Position numbers and translations under genes: made by a program. Below, piece by piece: positions 45,011 through 56,326 of a DNA stretch of 64,000 nt. The DNA comes from Trypanosoma brucei. Lineage: Eukaryota. Position 1 is the first letter of the stretch; each line of letters opens with the position of its first letter. The notes under the pieces were generated by a model. That model was not told the DNA's origin, ran no database searches, and was given only the letters and a program-made list of their open reading frames with translations. The stretch covers positions 1,152,001 to 1,216,000 of the forward strand of contig CM000208.1 in NCBI GenBank assembly GCA_000002445.1, in the 5' to 3' direction.

Positions 45011-46351
45011 CTATTTCTCTGGTGGAGGTATTTTGCCGTCGACATGCGACCGAAAAATGTCTTCGGTAAATTGAAGAATACGTTCGCAGTACTTAAGCGG
45101 AGGTATGGTTGATAGCGTATCCATCCTCCACAAAAATGACTTGAAGAGTTTTGCGAGTTTCTTTTTAAATGTATATGGTGTTAGAACATCAATGACACCG
45201 ATGTAGTACACTTCTTGGTTGTACAAACTGAAAATCCCTTTCGAAAACTTACATTCACCTCCGCACGTCATCGTCCACTCAGGCCTGTTTTCCATCGCAC
45301 CCTCGGGAGGTCCGCAACGGGGATACGGCATGCGCATGCTCCGAAGCCGCTTCGTCGGGTTGGATATCCCCTTTTCCTCGTACGCTACGCCTATGAGAAG
45401 GGAGTAGTCCATCAACCCCACACTTGCAAGAAACTTACAATCGTCCCGAAGGGTAAGAAGAAGTTTCTCCCTTTGCTCCTTATCTAACCAAAAATAGCGT
45501 GTCAGGTCCTTATCCTTCTTCGTCGCAAGTTTGTTTTTATCAGTCGCTTTCGGCATTTCTTTCAGACCAGAGATGCCTGTCCCAGAAGGAAAATATTGCG
45601 TTGTGTCGGTGCCAGGTGTCGTACTTTGACCTGTGGTCGAATCGTATGGGTGCTGAAAAAGCTTTGCAAAGTGCTTGTATTTCCCGGGTTTTGGCCGGCG
45701 GCCCTTTAAATCCCATTTCTCATTTAGCGTGCGGCACGGCGCAAACACATCACCAAAGCAAAGTACGTAGCCTAATTCTCCCCGAAACTCCACACGAAGA
45801 AGCATATAAAATCGCATCAACAGGGTATTAGAATGTTCACGAAAATGTTTCGCGTAACGCGGAAGCAAATGGAGCAACACGTCTACTTCGACCTTTGCAA
45901 TGATTTTACACAACAGGTACTTGGATTTCGACTCGAGAAATAGCGCCATAGAGCGGCCCTCACTGAGCTCGAGGTCCTGTCGCTCATTCGGTAGATCCCA
46001 CTCATCAGCAAATGTCTTCTTGTCAAAGCCGTCAAGTTTCCGCAAAAGGTAAAACACATCGGGGGCGTACTCGTACACATTCATGGGTTCCTTACCATTG
46101 CCATAAGGACACAGAACACTTAGCCGTCGCCCATTACGGCATTTTTCTTCAGTGATATGCTCTAACGCTACCGTATCGCCTTCACGTTTGTTACCTTCCT
46201 GTTCTTTTTCTGCGTCCTCGGTGAGTTTTGAGCGCTCCTCGTGCTCTTCACCCGATGGCTTGCTCGCATACTTAAGGGCAGCGGCGACCTGCCGGCCAGT
46301 GAGTCCCTTGCCACTCGTAGCCGCACCACAAACCGCCTGGCATGAACCCAT
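45011..46351 (-). CDS. Phosphatidylinositol phosphate kinase (PIPK/PIP5K family)
   Basis: PIPK catalytic-core motifs: MDYSLLIGV (kinase core) and YYIGVIDVLTPYTFKKKL (the IID...Y C-terminal block typical of PIP5K). N-terminal MGSCQ suggests possible acylation. Confidence 0.75.
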   Translation of the reverse strand: MGSCQAVCGAATSGKGLTGRQVAAALKYASKPSGEEHEERSKLTEDAEKEQEGNKREGDTVALEHITEEKCRNGRRLSVLCPYGNGKEPMNVYEYAPDVFYLLRKLDGFDKKTFADEWDLPNERQDLELSEGRSMALFLESKSKYLLCKIIAKVEVDVLLHLLPRYAKHFREHSNTLLMRFYMLLRVEFRGELGYVLCFGDVFAPCRTLNEKWDLKGRRPKPGKYKHFAKLFQHPYDSTTGQSTTPGTDTTQYFPSGTGISGLKEMPKATDKNKLATKKDKDLTRYFWLDKEQREKLLLTLRDDCKFLASVGLMDYSLLIGVAYEEKGISNPTKRLRSMRMPYPRCGPPEGAMENRPEWTMTCGGECKFSKGIFSLYNQEVYYIGVIDVLTPYTFKKKLAKLFKSFLWRMDTLSTIPPLKYCERILQFTEDIFRSHVDGKIPPPEK

Positions 46352-47706
46352 CCGTGCAGATCACCGGAAAGGGGTGAAAGCAAGCAAAAAATAAGGGGGC
46401 AAACAACGAAAAAGGGACGAAACCTATATGTATATATAGGGGGACAAACCTGTACCTTTATATACAACAATGCAAGCAAACGAGGATAAATTGGAAACTG
46501 GTTTTCTAGCTGCCTTCTGGGACCTTGCTTCCTTTATTTTGTAGTACTCATTCACAACAAAAACCCTCCTTTTGAAAAGAAAAAAAGAGACGGGGAATAA
46601 ATTGGTAGATCCGGGGGGGGAAATCATCATAGAGTTAAACAAAAACAACAGACGAGAGTGGACAAAAAAATGGGTAACTAGAGACTATATGCAACGGTAA
46701 ATGTGGGTGGTTGTCTGACAACGCAAAACTTACGTGACTTTAATCCCCTCCCCAAACTTTCTCATCATTTCAACCCACAGTCAGCAGGAAAAGCAAAAAC
46801 AATATATGCCACCGACTTTATCAATTGCCCACAACCGCAACATTCAAAACTGGCGGTAACCATGACCAGACGGCTGGAAACTTCAACAAATATAAAGAAC
46901 CAATCGTGAGGGTGAAGCTAACGGCTCAGCTTACGCAACACTGAGTACCTTGCACATATGCGAAAAGGCAAGAAAAGATATCTGAAAAACTCATGTGAAG
47001 GCTCCGGCTCAACTCATTGGAACAATTTAGTGAACTCCTTCTAACGCTCGGTACGTTTTTTTCCCGGTCCAACCACCAACAGCAGAAGTGCCACCGTCAC
47101 CACCATATGGGGAAAGAAAAATCAGTAAAATCAACAGTCGAGTCCATAAAGAAGAGATAGATGTAGCACCCGGGTAAAAGATCAATAACTGATAGCACAC
47201 ACACAAGAGGGGGGAAAGAAAAAAAAGGAAAAAGAAGAAGCGGAAAAAATTTGGACGTGGTGAAATGAACCCGAAGACAAAGTAAAAAATCCTGTGCGGT
47301 CCGCGTAGGTTGCAATAAAGGTGAAGGAAAGAAAATATTTACCGCAAATAGACTGCACTGCACCGAAAGCGCGTCAAACAAGATTAGTAAAACGACGTCC
47401 GAATTGAAAAATATGCGGTTCCACGCCCACAACAAAAACAGAAAGACACGCCAGGTATGTGACATACCCCCTCGCGGCTATGGATTCCGGCGCGGGCAAA
47501 GGGAAACAACAATCCGAAAAAAAAAAAGGCAATGCATATCAGACTCACTTGCACCGTTTTTCAACGCTCAATCGGTACCTCAAGAAGAGATAACGAAAAG
47601 GCAGCGATTTTTATTTTTTATTTTTGCAAAAGTGCGCTAAAGAGAAGGGGAACCTCACAGGTGCAGAAGGAACCGCCACCAGGTTTGCCCGATGTACTCT
47701 AACGCA

Positions 47707-49383
47707 TCAGTAGCCCCCCTGGTCCCCAAATCGCCTCTGAATGTCGCCATTGAACGGGTTCTCAGTAGGTAAGATGCCGAGGTCTTGCATTTTCGCAAAT
47801 ACGCGAGCCCCCATAAGCGCTGTGGCGATTTGAGAAGGATGGAAACCATCAACCGGGTTAACAAGTTTCCATAGGGGGCCTTCGAAACTGCTAACGACTT
47901 CGCCAATAACGTCGCCAAGTGCATGGACTTTAATGTTTTCTAAATCAGTTGATTCATCCACGACGCGTGATATCATTGCATTCATTGCGCTGGCTCGCTC
48001 CCACGTCTCGTTCCGCACCGATTCGTTCGAGTTAAGCCACCCCCAGCAGGGCGAAACCTGCAGACAGTTCAAGTAATCATACAGATTACCGTACGTTACG
48101 TCGCTGTTGAGGGTGCCGATGGGATGGATCCGATTAACGATGCTGCCAATTGCAGCGCGTGCATCCACAAGAGAAACTATAAGAACATGGCTTCCGGGTG
48201 GTAAGAAGGAGTCCGCTTTCTTCACTGCCTCAGAAAGGCTATGGTAGTAATCAAGTGGGGTGGGTGCATCCTGCGGCCGAGGGCACACATCGTTCCCAAC
48301 CATAGAAAAGAAGACATAAGCGGGTTTCACACTCTCGGAACGGTTTCTGGCGACTGAGTCCAAAATAGAAAGAATACTTCCACTCCTAGCACCATTATGT
48401 CCCAGATTTTGATAATCACGGTGATTACATCGATTCAGCTCCACAAGTTTACTGTAAACCGATGCCATCGGCCCATCGACGTCCGGTTCATATCTTGTAG
48501 AGTTGGCGAAACCAGTTAAGCCGGAGAGCATCGGCCAGTCTATCTCATTGTCAAGTACAGGTATTATATTAGCAACCGCCTCTGAGGAAAGATCAAGTAT
48601 CGAAACATATCCTAAGGGAATACCAAAGTCGGCCGTTGCGCTGTCTCCGACCGCAATGACGCCCATGGGAGATGAGTTGCTGCACCACAATTCCTCATAA
48701 GTTTTTTTGCTCGATTCTTCCACGCCGTAGATGCCGTTGCAATTCTCATCCCTCTGGGAGTCAGTACTGTTCCGACCTGGGTACACCCGTGCATCGTCGT
48801 CATCACAATCGCGCCCCCTCCAATCCGTTCCACGTTTCGTTGGGTATGTTGAGAATCGATCCCCATCTTTATCATGTGCGGAATCTTCAAACAAAGGCCG
48901 GCAAAGAGTTGGGAACGTTCGGCAGGCATCCACCAATTTCCTGCCATCCAGGCGGTAAGCACTTCGTAGCTTATGTAAAGGCAAGGTGTCATTTTTGTCA
49001 GGCGGGAAGAGAATGCACTCTTCAGTATCGCAGTACTTCATTATCTGGCAAACTTTATCAGGTGTCCTTCCCTCATCAATCAACTGCAATGCCCCTTCCA
49101 ACAGAATGAGAGAAGCGGTCTTACAAAGGACGGCTTCAGCAGACCTGAAGAAGCTGCAAAAAAGGCCCAGAGCGTCCTTGGCTGGTATTTGATGTAGCTG
49201 ACCCAGTTGAGAGACCGTGGCAACTACGGCAGTACAGAGTACACACCCCCAGGTGTCTGAAGAACCCAGTGACTTGCTCTCCCTCGCTTCGGCTTTCGCA
49301 GTGTGGATGGACGGGCACACAACGGTTAGTTGCAGAAGCGCTGTGAACAAAAGCAGTTTGTAAAATATATAGAGTCGACTCAT
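47707..49383 (-). CDS. Acyloxyacyl hydrolase-like protein: saposin-B-type domain plus GDSL/SGNH lipase domain, secreted
   Basis: Signal peptide LLLFTALLQLTVVCP. Saposin-like Cys pattern CVLCTAVVATVSQL...C...C...C. SGNH-hydrolase block I VIAVGDSATADFG with downstream GHNGARSG and GNDV blocks. Overall layout matches AOAH. Confidence 0.6.
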   Translation of the reverse strand: MSRLYIFYKLLLFTALLQLTVVCPSIHTAKAEARESKSLGSSDTWGCVLCTAVVATVSQLGQLHQIPAKDALGLFCSFFRSAEAVLCKTASLILLEGALQLIDEGRTPDKVCQIMKYCDTEECILFPPDKNDTLPLHKLRSAYRLDGRKLVDACRTFPTLCRPLFEDSAHDKDGDRFSTYPTKRGTDWRGRDCDDDDARVYPGRNSTDSQRDENCNGIYGVEESSKKTYEELWCSNSSPMGVIAVGDSATADFGIPLGYVSILDLSSEAVANIIPVLDNEIDWPMLSGLTGFANSTRYEPDVDGPMASVYSKLVELNRCNHRDYQNLGHNGARSGSILSILDSVARNRSESVKPAYVFFSMVGNDVCPRPQDAPTPLDYYHSLSEAVKKADSFLPPGSHVLIVSLVDARAAIGSIVNRIHPIGTLNSDVTYGNLYDYLNCLQVSPCWGWLNSNESVRNETWERASAMNAMISRVVDESTDLENIKVHALGDVIGEVVSSFEGPLWKLVNPVDGFHPSQIATALMGARVFAKMQDLGILPTENPFNGDIQRRFGDQGGY

Positions 49384-49648
49384 TTTTCCAGGCTGTGGAA
49401 AGGGGGTCTTAATTAGCTAGCGCTATTTAAAGCGGCGCTTCCAGAATGAAAAAAAAGTCTGGAGGCGAAGAAAGGGTGTTTCACGGCTATCAAAAAAAAA
49501 AAAAAGAAGAGGCAGCAATAAGGCGTCGATTAGTCCGTTACATCTGAGACAGTTACAATTTTTATCGCAAAACAACCACAACCATCCATCCTTAAAACCG
49601 CCTGCAATCCATGTGCACAAACCAAAAAGAGGTACACCACATCATGTA

Positions 49649-50059
49649 TTACTTCCCCTTCTGCAACTTTAACAGCAATTTTTCCTTTACTGAAGTTTTG
49701 ACCGTGGGTGCCTCCACTGCGACAGTGTTGCCGAAGATGGCGGTGGCTTCTTCACGTTTCCGCTTATGCGACATGATTTGCTGCAACACGTATGCCTCTT
49801 GATCCTCAGCTGACTTTCTTGTCGGTCCATTCGGTCCTGGAGTGTTAGGCAGCGGATCAAGGGCGCTTACCGCGGTGCTCCTATCGATGTTGCCGACCCT
49901 GCTCCCGGCTATACCACTGTCCTCTCCGGTTCCACGACCAAACACCTTCTCACGAAGCGCACGCCGCCGCTGTTCACGCCACGCCACCGGGTCCTTACAC
50001 AACTCCAGTAAATCTGGGTTGACATCTTGAAGCGAACCATCATCCCCATCGTGGGACAT
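49649..50059 (-). CDS. Hypothetical small protein
   Basis: ORF on the transcription-unit strand. The ORF track extension to 50182 is Cys/Pro/hydrophobic; Met at 50059 (MSHDGDDG) is preferred. No domain recognised. Confidence 0.35.
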   Translation of the reverse strand: MSHDGDDGSLQDVNPDLLELCKDPVAWREQRRRALREKVFGRGTGEDSGIAGSRVGNIDRSTAVSALDPLPNTPGPNGPTRKSAEDQEAYVLQQIMSHKRKREEATAIFGNTVAVEAPTVKTSVKEKLLLKLQKGK

Positions 50060-50260
50060 CGCCCTAATACTACGCAGTATAAAAGGGCAAGGATGCAGCG
50101 GCGTCAGGCAGCAGATAAGTGTCCCCACACTCACCACGCAGGGACACACAAATGGGGGAGGAACAGTTCGCAACAATACCAAACGATACTATGAGCATAT
50201 AAACCTGTCACACACGAAAATCCCACTGGAGGAGAACGTGGCACACAAATTCGACCCCGC

Positions 50261-51350
50261 TCAGATGGTAAACCAGACAGTGACATCTCACTTTACAAAA
50301 AACTCAAAAAGAACGCAGCAGATGACAAATCGTCACGGCAATTTCACAATATGAGGTGGGCGGAGAATGGATGAAGGAAAGAGATAGTAGTCATAACGGT
50401 GGGCTCATTGTAACTATGACATGTTGTATTCGTAAATAATCATACGGTAAGGTCACCAAAAATAATACGTGTTGGAATCACTGCACAATAAACCGTCTGA
50501 CAGCCTATTCCTATGTACTAGCCAAGATGGGAAAGGTAATACATACGCACATGCGAAATTGCTCAGTCGGTAAGTCATGTAACATCTCACTTTACAAAAA
50601 ACTCAAAAAGAACGCAGCAGATGACAAATCGTCACGGCAATTTCACAATATGAGGTGGGTGGAGAATGGATGAAGGAAAGAGATAGTAGTCATAACGGTG
50701 GGCTCATTGTAACTATGACATGTTGTATTCGTAAATAATCATGCGGTAAGGTCACCAAAAATAATACGTGTTGGAATCACTGCACAATAAACCGTCTGAC
50801 AGCCTATTCCTATGTACTAGCCAAGATGGGAAAGGTAATACATACGCACATGCGAAATTGCTCAGTCGGTAAGTCATGTAACATCTCACTTTACAAAAAA
50901 CTCAAAAAGAACGCAGCAGATGACAAATCGTCACGGCAATTTCACAATATGAGGTGGGCGGAGAATGGATGAAGGAAAGAGATAGTAGTCATAACGGTGG
51001 GCTCATTGTAACTATGACATGTTGTATTCGTAAATAATCATGCGGTAAGGTCACCAAAAATAATACGTGTTGGAATCACTGCACAATAAACCGTGTGACA
51101 GCCTATTCCTATGTACTAGCCAAGATGGGAAAGGCAGACGTATAAACCCAATGCCGCTCAGTTTCTTGTGTCTCAGTGACATCCTACTTTAAACGTCAGT
51201 TCAAACAGAACGCATTTATTGACAGGGCATCATAGCGGCGATCAAACTAAGGTAGCGCAGTGACAGCTAACTCATTGTAACTATAACATGTTATATTCGT
51301 AAATAATCATACGGTAAGGTCACCAAAAACAATACGTGTTGGAACCGCAG
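50261..51350. repeat. Tandem array of a roughly 298-bp repeat: three near-identical copies plus a degenerate fourth
   Basis: Copies start at 50284, 50582 and 50882 (periods 298 and 300), about 99% identical with 1-2 substitutions each. A fourth copy at about 51181-51350 is diverged but keeps a roughly 75-nt core (ctcattgtaactat.acatgtt.tattcgtaaataatcatacggtaaggtcaccaaaaa.aatacgtgttggaa). No ORF on either strand. Confidence 0.9.
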
Positions 51351-51658
51351 CTTGGTGCAATAACTTGGAAAATCACAGCTCCCAGTATCTAGCCGTAAGA
51401 TCGGTACCAACCGTGGCGGCTCCGCAACCGTTGGTACCGACGCTACCGGGGCAGGGCAACGTCCGTTACAGGCATAACGCTGCAGCGATCCTTTGGCAAG
51501 CAAAGCTACGGAAAAAAGAAACACAACCAAGAGATGTGCCACCATGCGCTCGAAAGTTTATGAGTTCAGTAAACAGTCGGACAAAAGAGACTATCCCTAC
51601 ATCTCAAGCACATTAACACACGGTGGGGTTGCACAGGCCTGTACAAAACGTAATTATG

Positions 51659-51659
<1 letters not shown>

Positions 51660-51698
<39 letters not shown>
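51660..51698. repeat. (TA)19 microsatellite
   Basis: Perfect at-repeat in the 3' flank of the 52085-53830 gene. Confidence 0.9.
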
Positions 51699-51701
<3 letters not shown>

Positions 51702-51970
51702 CTGCTGTGACCTAAAGAAAAAAGTGAATAGAAAGAACGGGAAAACCGAAAGGCAGGGACGTCGATGTGTGACAGAAGGAGATGCCCTCTACCGACCCAC
51801 CCGCTCATCCATCCTAGAACGTATAAGATTTTGTACATTCCAGCCACGGCAGCACGCTCCTAGCAACCAAGAAAAATAAAATGTAGTTTGTGCAAACGGT
51901 TATGCAGCGTCCCCACCACCAAAAAAGAAAAAGGTAAACCAAAGCAAACAAAGGCGGGGGAGCATAAACG

Positions 51971-51975
<5 letters not shown>

Positions 51976-52004
<29 letters not shown>
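51976..52004. repeat. (AT)n microsatellite
   Basis: Second at-repeat about 80 nt downstream of the stop of the 52085-53830 gene. Confidence 0.85.
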
Positions 52005-52009
<5 letters not shown>

Positions 52010-52084
52010 GGGGGACCAACAAGAGCCCTCGCAAGTACTTGAAACGAAACTAAAGGAGAAATAAGGGAAAGCACAGGCCCACAC

Positions 52085-53830
52085 CTACGCAGAAGAACAT
52101 TGACTTGTATCCAATAACTGATACGGATCGTACCAAATCGGAACCGACACACCCCCGAGGTCCACACCCGCAGCTTTACGAAGAGCCTTACGCCACTCCG
52201 CCTGACCGTCCTCGCAATACTTCGCCTTGCGGTCCATGAAGTTGTTTACGTCCCCCTCCGCTTCAGGATCCGGTAGCGTAAGAAACTCCGTAGGAAGCCG
52301 CCTGCAGCGGGAATTGGAAACACAGAGCTGGGGCTTGACCGAGTGTCCATCGCTGGAAGCTACTTTTTGCTCGAGCCCCTCGCGGCCCGTTGGCGGACGC
52401 TTCACACGGGCAGGTTGCTCTAGATCCCGATGCGAAGGCATGAGCACGTACCGAGCTTCGAGCTCCCTCACTAAGTTTGTCCACTTCTCACGCTCTCCCT
52501 TTGGAATTACTTCGATGTTCCGAAGCCAGTCCAGGTTCCGCCGGCCTCGGCCGTTCAGGTCACGCAGCCATGACTGGCGACTCTCGGTACCCCATGACAT
52601 AAGTCGCATCCGGAGCAGCTTCTCCACAAGACCAAAAAGAAATTTAAATTGGCATCCCCACTTGGGTTCACCCACGAAACGTCGCAGGACAGCTATTCCA
52701 CCGTTACCTTCAAACGAACGTTGAATGCTCTCGTCAGATTCCACAATGATGTCCGTTAAACTTTCTGCCTGCTCGGCGGAGTCACATACCTGACATAGAC
52801 GAACAAAAGTCAGTACCATGTTTGATCTATCCTCTCCCAATCCCCTCGCTGAAGGGCTCCCCATGATTTGTGTCAATTTTTCCCTCCAGCGTGTTCGTCT
52901 AGGTGAAAAGTCGTCTACCTGTTTTGCCATAGCGGGTACGACAGGGTGTTCCATGTTTATCCTCTGCTGGATTCTAGTGGCTGGTGGATAACACATGCTA
53001 CTGGCGTGTGAGTTCGAGCAGGAAGGAGTGGAATCCGTAACCCCTCCCATGCTCTCGCCTCTGGATGTACCGTCCGTGTTAGCGAGTACGGTAACCTCCG
53101 TTGTTTTCATACTTAGCCACGATCCACTCCGGAGGTAGTTTTCTACACCTTGGCGCCTGTGGGAAGCGGATGGGAAGCGCACATTCGACGCCATGCTAAG
53201 GTTTTGGTATCGTGTCCCCCCTTTCCGCCAGTCAAGGAACTTTGTATGATATGTTTGCTCCGAAAAGACACCCCCAGGTATACCCGATTCGGAGATTAGG
53301 AAATAAATAAACTGTTTGACCACCTCGTCCCACTTGGGGCGGTTTTCTTCAGATATGACATCGTAGAGTAACTTTAACATGTCGCAGCTAGTCGCGTAAG
53401 AGATCGCCAGTCCGCTCTTGTTTCCCCATGTATACCGGGGTTTTTTTACACCATTCTTCACCGCCTGAACAGCCTGCTTTTCATACTCCAAACGTACCTG
53501 TTGAAGGAACATCTCAACAGCCACTCGAAAATAGTCAACAACTCTGTAATGGCCGTCTGGAAAACTATCATAGTTGGAAGCAACATACCGGACTACGTTA
53601 CGCGCAGAAGGGGAAACATGAATAACACTATCGTCGGGTTTTAGGAACTGTAGATTTGGGTTTCGCTTAACATTGCGGAACACTGGGTCATGACCGGAAA
53701 CTGAGGAAGTTTCACCAGAGAAAACGCTCGTTGCACCCTCTGATATCTGTCTGCTAGTGCGGGAACCGACTGAGCTTGGCGCGCTACTCAGAGAACTCTT
53801 ATATGAAGTGTCATACCCCGACGAACCCAT
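52085..53830 (-). CDS. Hypothetical protein of about 580 aa
   Basis: Long ORF. The ORF track start at 54052 passes through Cys/Val/Leu junk; Met at 53830 (MGSSGYDTSY) is preferred. No domain recognised. Confidence 0.5.
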   Translation of the reverse strand: MGSSGYDTSYKSSLSSAPSSVGSRTSRQISEGATSVFSGETSSVSGHDPVFRNVKRNPNLQFLKPDDSVIHVSPSARNVVRYVASNYDSFPDGHYRVVDYFRVAVEMFLQQVRLEYEKQAVQAVKNGVKKPRYTWGNKSGLAISYATSCDMLKLLYDVISEENRPKWDEVVKQFIYFLISESGIPGGVFSEQTYHTKFLDWRKGGTRYQNLSMASNVRFPSASHRRQGVENYLRSGSWLSMKTTEVTVLANTDGTSRGESMGGVTDSTPSCSNSHASSMCYPPATRIQQRINMEHPVVPAMAKQVDDFSPRRTRWREKLTQIMGSPSARGLGEDRSNMVLTFVRLCQVCDSAEQAESLTDIIVESDESIQRSFEGNGGIAVLRRFVGEPKWGCQFKFLFGLVEKLLRMRLMSWGTESRQSWLRDLNGRGRRNLDWLRNIEVIPKGEREKWTNLVRELEARYVLMPSHRDLEQPARVKRPPTGREGLEQKVASSDGHSVKPQLCVSNSRCRRLPTEFLTLPDPEAEGDVNNFMDRKAKYCEDGQAEWRKALRKAAGVDLGGVSVPIWYDPYQLLDTSQCSSA

Positions 53831-54537
53831 GTTAAGCGCTCTAACACACCTACAACAAAAAAGAGAAAGGAAAAAAGAGATTACGTATATCCGACGGGGC
53901 AACAACAGCAAAGTATAACAGATGCAACACAACACACGAGGCACATGCCGAGGTTGAGGTGCCGATACCCAAGGAGGTAATATTAAAATAATGTAACACA
54001 TAAACTTCTGCACGTGAACTTCCCGAACAAACACAAACACACAAACACACACAGAAGATAATCAGACAGCTCTTATTTCCCTCACACATTTGAGTTCACA
54101 CTACTCTATAACATGGAACGGAACAAAGTGGAACTTCAGCACGCAGAGAATACAAGAAAAACAAATTACCACTGGAGGTGTGTATAAAACAAAAATAAAC
54201 GTCCGCCAGAGAGAGAGAGATAGAGGGAAAGAGGCGATGTATCTGAAAATAATACCACTTCCGCGTAGGGGAGTTGAATGTAAGCAAATATATATACGAT
54301 GTACTAGGTGTACAGTCATAACGGATGTCTGTACATATATATATATACTATGGCATTGCGGTAACAGCACACGACCCGACGCGGCACGCCAAGGAGTAAA
54401 AGATAGAACAATAATTAAAATTTAAAAAAAAAACACCTCTGTTCTGGCACATTCCCTCTCTCTTTACTGCTCGGGCACTAATCGAAGGGGTACGGGTCTC
54501 CACTATGTGCATCACCGAATGTAACGGCGGGCACACC

Positions 54538-54951
54538 TTATTTACGGAATGACACTACACGATCAAGGATGGTGCGCCCAATGAGTATCTGGGCCTTCAG
54601 CCTCGCCAGCATTCGGTGATCAGCGAGGGTGCCGGTCCCGTCGCTGCTGCACACAATCAAACTCGGCATCAACATCTGAGGATGGCCACGTGAAGTTACT
54701 GCGGATGCGGGGGGGCTCAAGGAATCAAGAATCGTTGTGGAGAGCGACATTACATCTTCCTCCCCGCCTTTTCCCGTATCGCTTCCGATACGTTCCCAAC
54801 GCATGAGGGCCATTCTGTAGAAGCAAAGCAACTCTCTTGGATCAGCACCGGGTTCGATCCTGATTCCATCAAGTGCGCACAATGCCTCCAGGTGAACGAC
54901 TGGTGTAACGCGCTGATCCCTTAACAGAGCAAACATGTCAATTACCTGCAT
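54538..54951 (-). CDS. Hypothetical small protein (possibly roadblock/longin-like fold)
   Basis: 137-aa ORF. Weak resemblance of SLIVCSSDGTGTLADHRM to the roadblock/LC7 GIIVVNTEGIPI segment. Not secure. Confidence 0.35.
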   Translation of the reverse strand: MQVIDMFALLRDQRVTPVVHLEALCALDGIRIEPGADPRELLCFYRMALMRWERIGSDTGKGGEEDVMSLSTTILDSLSPPASAVTSRGHPQMLMPSLIVCSSDGTGTLADHRMLARLKAQILIGRTILDRVVSFRK

Positions 54952-55300
54952 GAATCACCTCTTATATAAAGGTAGCGAGGGAAACGCAAGTGCTTCACAC
55001 CACAGCTATCCCCAAAGGCAGAGAAATATAGTATTACAGTGCTAGCAAACGTTATCACGCGTAGGTCGTGCGACATGCATGCGGCACACATCCACGAAAG
55101 AAACCCCAGGAAGTCAGAAAAGTGAACAGGAAATTCGTTGGGGCACACAATCGGACGGGTAAAGCAACAGAGAGAAATGAAAGCTAGGGCAACTCACAAA
55201 GGGAGTTCCGCCCGCACAAATAGTGGGCTTTAAAGCAACATCCCACCCTCATTCAACAGTACAGTGGCGATTGCCTAGAGGTTTTCACATACTGCAAGTA

Positions 55301-56326
55301 TTACCGCTTGAGGAATTGCTGAATGGTCGATGCGAACTCAGCCCTTTGTGTGGTTGGAACGGGGTCTCTGAGTAATGCGGCACCGTCGGAGTTAACAGTA
55401 GTTTCCTGCGCCCTTGAGTACGACATTACATCTACTAACCCAGAACAGCCCCTTGAATCTCCACAACCGCCTCCCAACGTCAAATTCTTCACACGTGACA
55501 CGCCATCATCAACCGCAACGCTGACACTTCTGGAGCAACGACCTTCACTTTCCACACGTTGTTGCCTTGCCCCTAGCGAGTAACCCGCTATTCTTGAAAG
55601 TTGCCTTTCGATTTCCTTTACCTGCTCGTGCAGTACGTGGATTTCAACCCGGGGAACCAGCTGCTTTTCAACAAGCGCCAGCCGTTCTGCTGAAAGCATG
55701 CACTCGGCTGTTAATCGGTGCATGTCAGCCAACCGATCCACATTCAGCAATCTAATCCCCTTCGCCATGTATTTGCTATAACCTTCCATCAAGCCTAGAA
55801 GTTCCCTCCGCAGCCCAACCCCCATCCGATGCAACTCCTCTTTAACACGCGCAACTTCTCTATTCATGGATTCAAGCCAGCTCACACGCAGGGAGTCTAG
55901 TTCCTGCTCCATCTGTTCCACAGTTGTTCGCACTACTCGCTCCTGAAAGGATAACATATCCGCTGACAGGCGACCCTTCATCTCCCGGAGGTTCTTTGAG
56001 CTTGTCGCTATGGCTATGTCGTTCACATTTTTAAGGCTCGTCACATACGAGCGGAGGGAACTCTCTGCAGCAACAAGTATGTGCTCCTTCGTGCGAAACG
56101 AAATCTGCTCCATCTTCTCCTGGTCACACGTGAGGGGTTCGCCTTGAACACGTTGAACCTGCTGCTCCGCAGGAACAGAAAAGGGAGCAGAGCGTAGCTC
56201 TTTTTTAAACAGATCCGTTTCATTGGCATGAGCTACAAGCAGTCGTATGACATCAATTAGGTCCGAAGAGCACGTGTTAGAGTCCAGCAGATGCTCAAAC
56301 CTCCGGTTCAGGGCCTCCGTCACCAT
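55301..56326 (-). CDS. Hypothetical coiled-coil protein
   Basis: Heptad-rich central region (LRVSWLESMNREVARVKEELHRMGVGLRRELLGLMEG...). No enzymatic motif. Confidence 0.45.
   Translation of the reverse strand: MVTEALNRRFEHLLDSNTCSSDLIDVIRLLVAHANETDLFKKELRSAPFSVPAEQQVQRVQGEPLTCDQEKMEQISFRTKEHILVAAESSLRSYVTSLKNVNDIAIATSSKNLREMKGRLSADMLSFQERVVRTTVEQMEQELDSLRVSWLESMNREVARVKEELHRMGVGLRRELLGLMEGYSKYMAKGIRLLNVDRLADMHRLTAECMLSAERLALVEKQLVPRVEIHVLHEQVKEIERQLSRIAGYSLGARQQRVESEGRCSRSVSVAVDDGVSRVKNLTLGGGCGDSRGCSGLVDVMSYSRAQETTVNSDGAALLRDPVPTTQRAEFASTIQQFLKR

Noticed and set aside
50261-51350. Tandem repeat considered as a CRISPR array
   Set aside because: The genomic context is eukaryotic. The period of about 298 bp is far too long, copies are contiguous without unique spacers, and no cas genes are present.
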